A stretch of DNA of 64,000 nt from an uncultured Spirochaetota bacterium (GCA_963783575.1 CAWAOD010000014.1:448001-512000); one strand, 5' to 3'; positions 44,220-53,825 are shown, numbered from the stretch's first letter. Notes: generated by a model not told the origin, from the sequence alone. Numbers and translations are program-made.

Positions 44220-44780
44220 ATGAAAGAATATGTTATATGTAAATCCTGCGGATTTATTATGGAAAAAGGTTCATTAAAAGATAAATGCCCGGCTTGTGGA
44301 GTACAGGCAAAAATGTTTGAGCCGTATATTGAAAAAGTATCACCACGCAGAAAATTCATACTTTCACTGGATATTCATCCGGTTCTTGTTCATTTCCCGC
44401 AAGCCTTTGTTGTTACGATATTTATAATGACAATTCTAATATTACTGGTAAAAGGGGATCTGCAAAACAGCCTGAAAACAACGGTTACGGTATTATCATT
44501 CTGCCTTCCCTATGTTGTTGCCATAGCCATACTGGCAGGTTTATATGACGGACAGATCCGTTTCAAAAGGGTTACAACCCCGCTCCTGATAAAAAAAATC
44601 ATTCTTGGATCATTATTTTTCCTGTTTTCAATTGCCGCTCTTTTACTCACTCAGATCATAAAGCTTGAAACAGATGTTTCGATTTATCTGTTTCTATGTT
44701 CAATAACCGGCGGATTAATTTGCGGCAGTCTTTTGGGGTTGCTCGGTTCAAAATTAATTAACGCCAAATTTCCCGGGTAG
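44220..44780 (+). CDS. Rubredoxin-like domain fused to a DUF2231-like membrane domain
   Basis: CKSCG...CPACG; HPVLVHFP followed by 4 TM segments. Confidence 0.75.
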   Translation: MKEYVICKSCGFIMEKGSLKDKCPACGVQAKMFEPYIEKVSPRRKFILSLDIHPVLVHFPQAFVVTIFIMTILILLVKGDLQNSLKTTVTVLSFCLPYVVAIAILAGLYDGQIRFKRVTTPLLIKKIILGSLFFLFSIAALLLTQIIKLETDVSIYLFLCSITGGLICGSLLGLLGSKLINAKFPG

Positions 44781-44782
44781 GA

Positions 44783-45844
44783 TCAATTTTTATTCGACAA
44801 ATTTTTTTCCATTTCATTCAAGCTATTTATTACAATAGGATCTTCTATCACTGACTCAATATATCTGCTATTGTCCAGGTTCAGATCAATATTGAGAGGA
44901 TATTTAATAATTTCCTTTCTTTGATTTAATAAAACTCTTACAAATGGAGTAAGTGTAAATTCATTATTATTATCAGTTACTTCGGCTATCTCCCTTGTAT
45001 TGAGAAGGACAAAATCCCCCTGATTGAGGATATTTTTTTCGGTAAGATGTTCCGGTATATGATTTATAAACATTCTGGCTATTTTTGGAGAAAAACTCTT
45101 AGATATTTCCTTGTTGATTTCTATTAATGCAAACCAGAAGGGCTTTGCAGGTTTATAAGACCTGGCTGAAGTTATAGCGTCAAAAAAATCCGCTACGCTT
45201 ACAATTTGAGCCAATTCGGTAATTTCCTCGTTTTTTTTACCGAGGGGATAGCCTGTGCCTGAAATTTTCTCATGATGGGACAAAACTATTTCCAGAACGG
45301 GTAGATTATATGAACTGGTAGATTTCAAAATTTCATAGCCGTAAACAGGGTGCTTTTTCATAATTTCAAATTCAGCAGCATTGAGTTTTGCCGGTTTGTT
45401 TAATATTTCAACCGGTATTAGAATTTTACCGAGATCATGAAGTAAACCGGCAGTCCCGATTATTTTCATTATATCATCTGAATAGTTCAATTTTTTTGCA
45501 AGAATAATTGATAGAAGGGAAACATTTATTGAATGAGTATAAGTATAATCATCGTAATCCTTCAGATCCAGAAGATTCAGTATTGTCCCCTTTCCAATAT
45601 TGATATTTCCAATAAAATCATCAATTACCGCATTAATTTCTTTTGTAGGAAGCGGTCCTTTGTTTTTAACAATATTTTCTATTTCATGAGTTACATCAAT
45701 CGCATTGTTCATTACAGATTCATCCGGCATCAAATTTTGCCCTTTTGTTTTTCCATTTAAAGCAGCGCGGGTATAAAATATATCTTTGATATTTCTCCGT
45801 TTTCCGTTCCATGATAATTTCTTCAGGAATCGGTTTTCCGCCAT
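44783..45844 (-). CDS. HD-GYP domain phosphodiesterase
   Basis: YTYTHS, LLHDLGK, HHEKISGTGYPLG, VADFFDAITS.R.YK. Confidence 0.92.
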   Translation of the reverse strand: MAENRFLKKLSWNGKRRNIKDIFYTRAALNGKTKGQNLMPDESVMNNAIDVTHEIENIVKNKGPLPTKEINAVIDDFIGNINIGKGTILNLLDLKDYDDYTYTHSINVSLLSIILAKKLNYSDDIMKIIGTAGLLHDLGKILIPVEILNKPAKLNAAEFEIMKKHPVYGYEILKSTSSYNLPVLEIVLSHHEKISGTGYPLGKKNEEITELAQIVSVADFFDAITSARSYKPAKPFWFALIEINKEISKSFSPKIARMFINHIPEHLTEKNILNQGDFVLLNTREIAEVTDNNNEFTLTPFVRVLLNQRKEIIKYPLNIDLNLDNSRYIESVIEDPIVINSLNEMEKNLSNKN

Positions 45845-46022
45845 CCCAGATCTTTTTCCCCGCTTTCAGTAAAAACATCACCTTTTAATAAGATATTGGG
45901 ATACAGAAAATCAACTTTTAACTCAATCATCTTGTCTTTTTGTCTTTGATCCATAATTCACTCATTTATTAATATTTATCTCATAGTAATTATTCAGCTT
46001 GCCCTGGCAAAACGCAATCTTT

Positions 46023-46346
46023 TCAAGCTTCTTCAACGCTGCAGCGAAGCGGAAATTGTCTTTCCTTAGCCATATTATGAACATCGGCGATCTTAGTAAC
46101 GGCAATATCATATGTAAATATCCCTGCAATACCCATGCTTTTGTTATGAACTTCAAGCATTATTTTAGTCGCCTCCGCGGCTGGTTTATGAAAAATCTTA
46201 ATAATTACTTCTACGACAAAATCCATTGTTGTATAATTATCGTTATGAATAATTACTTTATATAGCTTTGGTTTCTTAATATCCGGTTTCGGAATAACCC
46301 GGATTTCACTTTTGTTGATGATTTCATCATTATTTTTATCAGGCAT
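46023..46346 (-). CDS. clpS: Clp protease adaptor ClpS
   Basis: YKVIIHNDNYTTMDFVV, MLEVH, FPLRC. Confidence 0.93.
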   Translation of the reverse strand: MPDKNNDEIINKSEIRVIPKPDIKKPKLYKVIIHNDNYTTMDFVVEVIIKIFHKPAAEATKIMLEVHNKSMGIAGIFTYDIAVTKIADVHNMAKERQFPLRCSVEEA

Positions 46347-46411
46347 TTTTACCGCTCCTGAGTCTATTTAATTCAAAAGACCCGATTAATAAATTATAAT
46401 CAGGCTCTTGA

Positions 46412-47989
46412 CTATTCTATTATCAAACCTGACTGTTTTAAAAATTCATCTATATATAGATTGCCGATCTTTACGCTGTGAATCTTCATAAAATCATAAG
46501 TCTTTTTATCGATTGTCTGTAGGGGATTATTGTCAAGGTCAATTCTCTGAAGATTCTCCAGTTTTTCAAGATTCTCTATTCTTGTAATCCGGTTATAATG
46601 AAGCCAGATCATCTGCAGTTCCGACATTTTTTCAAGATTCTCAATCTTTGTAATGCGGTTATTATGAAGATACAAACCCCGCAGATGAATAAGCCTGTCA
46701 AGATTCTCTATCCTGCTGATATGATTATTGTATAAAGAAAGCCATTGAAGGTTAACAAGCTTATCAAGGTTTTCAATTTTATACAGATGATTATTATCAA
46801 GCCCCAGCCATTCAAGATTAGTAAGAGAATTCAGATTCTCAATTTCGCTTATCTGGTTTTGATAGAGGCAAAGCCATCTTAAATTTGTAAGCATATCAAT
46901 GTTTTCAATCTTGAGAATTTGATTTGCCCCTAAATGAAGCTCCTGCAGATTAGTCAGCTTTTCAAGGTTTTCAATTTTTGTAATTTCATTGTTTTCCAGA
47001 TATAATCCCAGAAGACCGGCAAGCTTATCCAGATTGATTATTCTAGTAATCTGGTTCGACCCGAGATGCAGTTCTTTCAGTTTGGACAATTTATATAAAT
47101 TTTCTATTCTCTTTATTTGATTATTGGATAGCCAGATTGCCTGTAATTCCTGTAAATTTCCCAGGTTCTCAATTTTCGTTATCCTATTATTACGGAGACC
47201 AAGCTTTTTAAGCCGGACAAGCCTGTCGAGGTTTTTAATTTCATCGATTCTGTTATTGGAAAGGCTTAGTCTTTCAAGATTGACTAAATTATCAAGATTC
47301 TTTATTTCAGAAATCTGTGTTCCGGAAAGATTCAAAACCCTTAAATTAACAAGATTGTCGAGGTTTTCAATCTCCTTCATTTTATTTCTGGAAATACTAA
47401 GGGTTTTTAAATTTACAAGATTATCAAGATTTTCAATTCTGGTGATTTGATTATCGAAAATATTAAGCTCGCTTAGATCAACCGGATAATCCTTCCCTCC
47501 GATAGTAACGCTTTCCGGAAGATCAATCTTAAGATTTTTCAAGTTAATTATCTCTTCGATATCTCCGATTGGTTTACCCTCATTGGTAAAAAAAATAACC
47601 CCCTGTTCTTTTAAAAAATCATAAGTCGATTTATCAATCGATTTCAAAGGATTGCCTTCAATATAAATATCCTTCAATTGAACAAGCTTTTCCAGGTTCT
47701 CAATTTTCACAATCCGGTTGTTATTTAGATAAAGCCATTTTAGATTCATTAAGTTATTTAGGTTTGATATCTTATTTATCTGGTTGAAACCAAGCCTTAA
47801 CCCCTGGAGTTGAACCAATTTATCAAGATTTTCAATTTTACTGATCTTGTTTTTATCCAGCCAGAGCCTTTTTAAATTGACAAAACTCTCAAATCCATCC
47901 AAATTCACTATATTACATTCGGATAAATAAAGTTCGGTAGCATCTTCGGGAAATATCTGCCCGCCTATATTAATATTTTTCATAATCAA
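46412..47989 (-). CDS. Leucine-rich repeat protein (SDS22-like 22-aa repeats)
   Basis: Repeated LxxLxLxxNxIxxIENLxxLxxL; no signal peptide. Confidence 0.93.
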   Translation of the reverse strand: MIMKNINIGGQIFPEDATELYLSECNIVNLDGFESFVNLKRLWLDKNKISKIENLDKLVQLQGLRLGFNQINKISNLNNLMNLKWLYLNNNRIVKIENLEKLVQLKDIYIEGNPLKSIDKSTYDFLKEQGVIFFTNEGKPIGDIEEIINLKNLKIDLPESVTIGGKDYPVDLSELNIFDNQITRIENLDNLVNLKTLSISRNKMKEIENLDNLVNLRVLNLSGTQISEIKNLDNLVNLERLSLSNNRIDEIKNLDRLVRLKKLGLRNNRITKIENLGNLQELQAIWLSNNQIKRIENLYKLSKLKELHLGSNQITRIINLDKLAGLLGLYLENNEITKIENLEKLTNLQELHLGANQILKIENIDMLTNLRWLCLYQNQISEIENLNSLTNLEWLGLDNNHLYKIENLDKLVNLQWLSLYNNHISRIENLDRLIHLRGLYLHNNRITKIENLEKMSELQMIWLHYNRITRIENLEKLENLQRIDLDNNPLQTIDKKTYDFMKIHSVKIGNLYIDEFLKQSGLIIE

Positions 47990-48243
47990 TTCCCTGTGTT
48001 ACTGAAATACGCAGTAAATTATTAAATAAATCTATATCTATCATATTTTAAAGCATAAACATAAACCAAACAAGTTTTATCAAATACAAAAATATTTTCT
48101 TACAATTATAATAAAATAAATTTTGTTGAATTTGTCAAGGAGATAATTCCTATATAATCTCTATCCGGTTTAATACAAATTTTGTTTATATAATTGATTT
48201 TTAATATAATTTATTATAAGCTTTTTATTAAGGAGTATCATTT

Positions 48244-49509
48244 ATGGATTTCTTATTTCCGGTAATATTGATTATTTTTATATTAGAAAGAATTTTTAAT
48301 TATATTCTGGATTTACTTAACTTATCGTATATGAAGGAAAAATCGGCTTCCATACCGGTAGAATTTGAAGGCATCATTAATAATGAGGATTTGAACAAAA
48401 CACAGCATTATGAAATTACAAAGACCGGATTCGGTATTTTCTCCGGTATTTTCAGTGATATTCTTCTCATTCTTTTCGTTTTTACCGGTATATTGAACTT
48501 TTATAATTCCTGGATTATGAGTTTTCAATTCAATTTTATTATTTCAGGAATAATATTCTTTATTTTAATAGTTTATTCACAAAGCATACTTAATATTCCT
48601 TTCGATCTCTATAATACTTTCAGGATTGAAAACCGTTTCGGATTTAACACAATGAACGCCGGTTTATGGCTGAGCGATTTTATTAAATCAATTCTTATAG
48701 AAACGGTTTTACTTTGCTTTCTTCTTGGCGCAGGATTATGGATTGTAAAAATCAGCCCGGATTTATGGTGGTTTTGGTTATGGCTATTCTTCTTTGCTTT
48801 CAGCCTGTTTATGATGTACATTTCACCTTACGTTATTGAGCCTTTATTTAATAAGTATTCCCCTATTGAAAAAGAAGAACTGGAAGTAAAAATAAAAGAA
48901 CTCCTTGCAAAAACCGGAATAAAAGTCAGTCATGTTTTTAAAATGGATGCTTCGAAAAGAAGCAAACATACAAACGCATATTTTTCAGGCATCGGTAAAG
49001 TAAAGCGGATAATACTTTTCGATACACTAATCCAGTCATTGACTACAGGTGAGATTCTATCAGTACTGGCGCATGAAGCCGGTCACTGGAAGAAGAAACA
49101 TATTTTAAAAACAATCATAATTTATGAATCAATATCTTTTATAATATTTTATTTATCATACAGGATATTGAATACAAACTGGCTGACAGAAATTTTTAAA
49201 ATTAATAACGGCAATATATTTGTTAAATTTATTCTGCTTGGTGTTTTGTTAAATTTGGCATCATTTATTTTTGCTCCGTTAATTTCAGGGTTTTCCAGAA
49301 AAAATGAAAGGGAAGCAGACGATTTTGCTTTCAAATTGACGGGAAACGGTATAAATCTGGCGGGAGCCTTAAAAAAATTGTCCAGGGATAATATGTCCAA
49401 TATATATCCTCATCCTTTATACGTAATATTTCATTATTCTCATCCGCCGATTATTGAAAGAATCCGGAGGCTTGAAAAATATGCTGAAAATAAAGAGGAA
49501 GAACATTAG
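48244..49509 (+). CDS. M48 family (Ste24-like) membrane zinc protease
   Basis: DASKRS.H.NAY, LAHEAGH, EREAD, YSHPP. Confidence 0.93.
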   Translation: MDFLFPVILIIFILERIFNYILDLLNLSYMKEKSASIPVEFEGIINNEDLNKTQHYEITKTGFGIFSGIFSDILLILFVFTGILNFYNSWIMSFQFNFIISGIIFFILIVYSQSILNIPFDLYNTFRIENRFGFNTMNAGLWLSDFIKSILIETVLLCFLLGAGLWIVKISPDLWWFWLWLFFFAFSLFMMYISPYVIEPLFNKYSPIEKEELEVKIKELLAKTGIKVSHVFKMDASKRSKHTNAYFSGIGKVKRIILFDTLIQSLTTGEILSVLAHEAGHWKKKHILKTIIIYESISFIIFYLSYRILNTNWLTEIFKINNGNIFVKFILLGVLLNLASFIFAPLISGFSRKNEREADDFAFKLTGNGINLAGALKKLSRDNMSNIYPHPLYVIFHYSHPPIIERIRRLEKYAENKEEEH

Positions 49510-49821
49510 TATTCCAGTCTGTTAGTTGTATAGTTTATCAGCTTGTAGTGATTATTATCGACTATTAATTAACCGGCTAACTTGTTTATCGACTGATAAA
49601 AAAGTTTGATTTTTTTTTACTGGCAATATAATATAAAAATATATAATATTTATAAAATCAGATTAACAAGTAAATATAATATTTCCACAGCAATGCTACA
49701 TCCGCAAGTCCAATCAAGAAGCCTGCCCCGAGCCTCGGCCTTGGTGAGCCCTTTGTCAAACTCAGGACAAGCATGCCTAAAAAAAGGAATATAATAGTTA
49801 ATTTTATAAAGGAGAAATCTC

Positions 49822-50910
49822 ATGAAAAGGCGCATATCGATAATTTTATGCTTGTTATTTATTATGAACTTTTCAATGCTCTTCAGCCAGGATAATATTA
49901 AATCATCGGGGCTGTATGCTGTCAGAGTTAATAATAAGTACGGATATATCGATATAACGGGCAGGATAATAATATACCCGATTTATGACGGTTTTGGAGA
50001 TTTTAAAGATAATATAGCATTTGTTAAGGTTAACAATAAATATGGTTTTATAGATAACACTGGAAAACTAGTAATTTATTCAATGTTTGATGATGCCTGG
50101 GGCTTCAATGAAGGACTGGCTCTGGTTAAGATAAACAATAAACTCGGTTTTATTGACGTTACCGGTAAACTTGTTATTCCCGCACAATATGACGATGCCT
50201 GGGATTTTAAAGATGGAATGGCGTTGATAAAGATCGGGGATAAAATGGGCTTTATTGATAAAAACGGGAACATTACAATCAAGGCTATCTTTGATGACGG
50301 GGCAAGCTTTAGTGAAGGCCTGGCCAGGGTAAGGTCAGATGAAAAATACGGGTTTATCGACAGCAGCGGGAAAACAAATATTCCTCTTCAATATGATGAA
50401 GCCTGGGATTTTAATGAAGGTCTTGCGATTGTAAAATCAGAAGGCAAATACGGATATATCGATAAAAGCGGTAAATGGGTTATAAAACCTAAATTTGACG
50501 ATGCCTGGTATTTCAGTGAAGGACTGGCTACGGTAAAATTGAATGGTAAATTTGGATTTATCGATCGATCGGGAAAAACAATCATTGAGGCAAAATACGA
50601 TGATGCTAAGAATTTTTCCGAAGGCCGCAGTTTGGTTAAAATAGGCAATAAAATGGGTTATATTGACAGAAACGGTAATATAATCATTGAACCTCAATAT
50701 GATGATGCATATCCCTTTTACCGAGGCAGAGCGGTAGCAAAAATCAGCGGAAAATACGGTTATATAGATCAAAACGGCAAAATCGTCATAACCCCGATTT
50801 TTGATATGGCCTGGAATTTCGATTCGGACGGTATGGCCAAAGTTATGCTCGGCCAGAAATGGGGTTATATTGATAATAATGGAACTTATGTCTGGGAACC
50901 CACACAGTAA
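49822..50910 (+). CDS. Exported WG-repeat (KWG) protein
   Basis: Signal peptide and repeated KYGYID..G..I...YDDA..F.EG.A.V units. Confidence 0.92.
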   Translation: MKRRISIILCLLFIMNFSMLFSQDNIKSSGLYAVRVNNKYGYIDITGRIIIYPIYDGFGDFKDNIAFVKVNNKYGFIDNTGKLVIYSMFDDAWGFNEGLALVKINNKLGFIDVTGKLVIPAQYDDAWDFKDGMALIKIGDKMGFIDKNGNITIKAIFDDGASFSEGLARVRSDEKYGFIDSSGKTNIPLQYDEAWDFNEGLAIVKSEGKYGYIDKSGKWVIKPKFDDAWYFSEGLATVKLNGKFGFIDRSGKTIIEAKYDDAKNFSEGRSLVKIGNKMGYIDRNGNIIIEPQYDDAYPFYRGRAVAKISGKYGYIDQNGKIVITPIFDMAWNFDSDGMAKVMLGQKWGYIDNNGTYVWEPTQ

Positions 50911-50939
50911 ACTTCTAATTTAAATCTAAGGAGCAAATT

Positions 50940-51467
50940 TTGAAATTAATTATTAAATCTTCCATTTATCCGTTTATTGCTGCAGCTATTACATGCCTTG
51001 ATCTGTTTACAAAATACCTAATAAAAAATACTTTTGATGATTCAGGACAATCTGTTGAAATTGCCGGAAATTATATCCGCTTCACACTTATTTATAATAA
51101 AGGTATTACTTTCGGGCTGTTTAACATGGTTAAAAGTAGCTTAATGCCCGTTTTTCTTGTAATATTAGCCATACTTGCATTGACTGTAGTTGTTTATCTC
51201 TATATTAATATTTCACACTCTTTTAAAGGCCAAATACCGGGTATTTTAGGTAAAATTGCGCTTATGTTCATAATAGGCGGTGCAATGGGGAATATTATTG
51301 ATAGATTATTAAATAAGGCCGTTGTTGATTTTATTGATGTCGGAATAGGAAACCACCGTTGGTACACTTTTAATACTGCCGATAGTTTTGTTGTTATTGG
51401 TGGAATTATCTTGGGAATTTTATTCCTTTTTTTCGAAAATAAAAGTATTGAACCGAATCAGTTATAA
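50940..51467 (+). CDS. lspA: Lipoprotein signal peptidase II
   Basis: D..TK, N.GITFG, GGAMGNIIDR, VVDFI, FNTAD. Confidence 0.93.
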   Translation: MKLIIKSSIYPFIAAAITCLDLFTKYLIKNTFDDSGQSVEIAGNYIRFTLIYNKGITFGLFNMVKSSLMPVFLVILAILALTVVVYLYINISHSFKGQIPGILGKIALMFIIGGAMGNIIDRLLNKAVVDFIDVGIGNHRWYTFNTADSFVVIGGIILGILFLFFENKSIEPNQL

Positions 51468-51481
51468 TAAGTTTTAAATAT

Positions 51482-51546
51482 AAATAAAAATGGGCTGTTT
51501 CAGAGACCGGGTTCTAACCTATCCCTGTAACAGCCCATTTTATTTT
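51482..51546. terminator. Bidirectional intrinsic terminator after lspA
   Basis: AAATAAAAATGGGCTGTT...AACAGCCCATTTTTATTT. Confidence 0.8.
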
Positions 51547-51586
51547 AACAATAAAAAATTAATTTAAAAATATTATCAATTTTTCC

Positions 51587-51613
51587 TAAACCAATTTTTC
51601 ATATGGTCGATAT
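51587..51613 (+). promoter_or_regulatory. sigma28 (FliA)-type promoter with no sense gene downstream, antisense to flagellin 1
   Basis: TAAA-N15-GTCGATAT; same -10 octamer as the promoter of flagellin 2 (53928-53955). Confidence 0.7.
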
Positions 51614-51638
51614 TAATTGTGTAAATTAAAAAATAAAA

Positions 51639-51658
51639 CTTAGGGACCCCAGACAGTC
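51639..51658. repeat. Left inverted repeat flanking flagellin 1
   Basis: CTTAGGGACCCC(AGACAGTC); reverse complement at 52633-52650. Confidence 0.8.
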
Positions 51659-51707
51659 TTTTACTAGATATTTTTAATCTAAAAAGTTAGAGGATATTTG
51701 CCTATCC

Positions 51708-52592
51708 CTAACCAAGAAGCCTCAGCACAAGCTGAGGCTTTAAATTTGCCTGAGCTATCATGGATACATTGGATTGAGCAAGAATCTGATTCTTCACATA
51801 ATCACTCATCTGTTCCGCCATATCTGTATCCCGGATCCGAGATTCTGCCGCTTGTGTGTTTTCATAAGCAACATATAATCCCTTATATAACTTCTCAAAA
51901 CGGTTCTGATAAGAACCGAGGTCTGTTCTTTGCTTAACGACCTTTTCCAGAGCTTTATCGATCAACCCAACCGCCCTGTTTGCAGTATCAACATTGCTTG
52001 CGCTGATGACTTTATTCCCTTCAGCGGTTACAAGCCCTAATGACTGGGCATTCATGTTGCCTACAAAGACCTGTACTCTCTGGTCCATGTTAGCCCCGAT
52101 GTGGAACCATAAACCAGCGGTTTGATTTGCCACTGTTGCTGAAGCGCCTGAAGCGGCCGTTTCCGGAGCTTCAAATCTGCCTGTCAGCAGGTTCATGCCG
52201 TTAAATTGGGCATGATTAGCTATTCTTTCGACTTCGCTAACCAATTGCGACATTTCTACATTAATCAGGGTTCTGTCCTGATCGCTGTAAATACCATTCC
52301 CAGCCTGTACTGATAATTCTCTCATCCTTTGAAGGATTGATGTTGTTTCGTCCAGATAACCTTCTGTTGTTTGAAGGAATGATATTGCATCTTCAGTATT
52401 TCTCATACCTTGATGCAGCCCTGAAATCTGCCCTCTCATTTTTTCGGAAACAGCAAGACCGGAAGCATCGTCTCCAGCTCTATTTATTCTCACACCAGAT
52501 GAAAGTTTCTCAATGTTGCTGTTCAACTCAAAATCTCTTGCCTTTAACTGTCTATTAGCAAATATTGAACTTATATTGTGGTTGACTATCAT
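51708..52592 (-). CDS. flaB: Flagellin 1 (FlaB-type filament core protein)
   Basis: [47 protein letters not shown]; start at ATG 6 nt behind AAGGAGG. Confidence 0.93.
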   Translation of the reverse strand: MIVNHNISSIFANRQLKARDFELNSNIEKLSSGVRINRAGDDASGLAVSEKMRGQISGLHQGMRNTEDAISFLQTTEGYLDETTSILQRMRELSVQAGNGIYSDQDRTLINVEMSQLVSEVERIANHAQFNGMNLLTGRFEAPETAASGASATVANQTAGLWFHIGANMDQRVQVFVGNMNAQSLGLVTAEGNKVISASNVDTANRAVGLIDKALEKVVKQRTDLGSYQNRFEKLYKGLYVAYENTQAAESRIRDTDMAEQMSDYVKNQILAQSNVSMIAQANLKPQLVLRLLG

Positions 52593-52599
52593 AACCACC

Positions 52600-52634
52600 C
52601 TCCTTGTTTGTTTTTGCCGTTCACATCCTTGTGA
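52600..52634 (-). promoter_or_regulatory. Putative CsrA sites in flagellin 1 leader
   Basis: TCACAAGGATGTGA hairpin with GGA loop plus CAAGGAGG Shine-Dalgarno. Confidence 0.65.
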
Positions 52635-52650
52635 CTGCGGGGTCCCTAAG
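52633..52650. repeat. Right inverted repeat flanking flagellin 1
   Basis: GACTGCGGGGTCCCTAAG = reverse complement CTTAGGGACCCCGCAGTC. Confidence 0.8.
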
Positions 52651-52826
52651 GTACTGCACCCTTTAGATGCAGTTCAGGAGGGTGTTGTTTAATTAATATC
52701 AGGTCCTATAACCATGCCGATAACGATAATGAAAATATATTCATTATCGTTATAAGTAAGAAATCTTTCTCTGCAGAAAACTGCGGGGATTATACCTGTG
52801 TCAATCGTCAAACTTGTTAAAATACA

Positions 52827-52856
52827 AAGTTATCCCGGTTTTCACCGGGATAACTT
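52827..52856. terminator. Intrinsic terminator after flagellin 2
   Basis: AAGTTATCCCGGT-TTTC-ACCGGGATAACTT perfect 13-bp stem. Confidence 0.8.
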
Positions 52857-52919
52857 AAATTATATTATTATATTATTGCCTATCCCAACTTTTAATTAAA
52901 AACCAAAAAGCTTCAGATT

Positions 52920-53780
52920 TTACCTTAAAAGTTGCAGGATAAGTTGGGGCTTCTGGTTCGCCTGAGCTAACATAGCTGTTGCGGCCTGTGTTAATATCTG
53001 GGTTTTTACAAATTCTGACATTTGTTCAGCCATATCTGTATCTCTGATACGGGATTCTGCAGCCTGTAAGTTTTCGTAACCAACCATTAAACTTACGGTT
53101 GTTTTTTCCAGCCTATTCTGATAAGCACCCAAATCAGCTCTCTGCTTGGAAACTTTTTCCAGGGCTTTGTCTATAATTCCAATAGCCATATTGGATTTTT
53201 CAGGGGTACTCAGACTGATTATATCCCTGCTGGCTACATCTCTAACACCAAGAGCGGCTGCCGTCATGGTATTGATATAGCTTCTGATTCTCTGGTCCAT
53301 ATTTGCTCCAATATGAAACCAGATGCTGGCTGTTGGGTTATTTCCCATTGAATTATAGGCAAAACGGCCGGTCATAACATTCATTCCGTTAAATTGAGCA
53401 TGGGATGCAATCCTGTCAACTTCACTTACTAACTGTGAAACTTCAACCTGGATTTGCATTCTGTCTTCGGTAGAATAAATTCCATTAGATGATTGAACCG
53501 CTAATTCCCTGATTCTTTGAAGTATGACATGAGATTCTTCCAGGTAACCTTCCGTCGCCTGGATAAAAGAGATTGAATCTTGCGTGTTTCTTTCAGCTCT
53601 TCTCAAACCGCCTACTTGAGATCTGAGTTTTTCAGATACGGCAAGACCAGAAGCATCGTCACCCGCCCTGTTGATTTTCATACCGGATGAGAGCTTCTCA
53701 ATACTTTTGTCAGAATCACGATTGTTAATCGATAACTGACGATTGGCAAAAATAGCACTGATGTTGTGATTGATAATCAT
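52920..53780 (-). CDS. flaB: Flagellin 2 (FlaB-type filament core protein)
   Basis: [59 protein letters not shown]. Confidence 0.95.
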   Translation of the reverse strand: MIINHNISAIFANRQLSINNRDSDKSIEKLSSGMKINRAGDDASGLAVSEKLRSQVGGLRRAERNTQDSISFIQATEGYLEESHVILQRIRELAVQSSNGIYSTEDRMQIQVEVSQLVSEVDRIASHAQFNGMNVMTGRFAYNSMGNNPTASIWFHIGANMDQRIRSYINTMTAAALGVRDVASRDIISLSTPEKSNMAIGIIDKALEKVSKQRADLGAYQNRLEKTTVSLMVGYENLQAAESRIRDTDMAEQMSEFVKTQILTQAATAMLAQANQKPQLILQLLR

Positions 53781-53786
53781 AACCAT

Positions 53787-53825
53787 CCTCCTTGATATTT
53801 TAATTCCCGCGTCCTTGCGAGAATT
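53787..53825 (-). promoter_or_regulatory. Putative CsrA sites in flagellin 2 leader
   Basis: AATTCTCGCAAGGACGCGGGAATT hairpin with GGA loop plus CAAGGAGG Shine-Dalgarno. Confidence 0.65.

Noticed and set aside
52716..52753. GCCGATAA as the sigma28 promoter of flagellin 1
   Set aside because: On the + strand (faces away from the gene), no TAAA at the right spacing, and it overlaps the ATAACGATAATGAA hairpin
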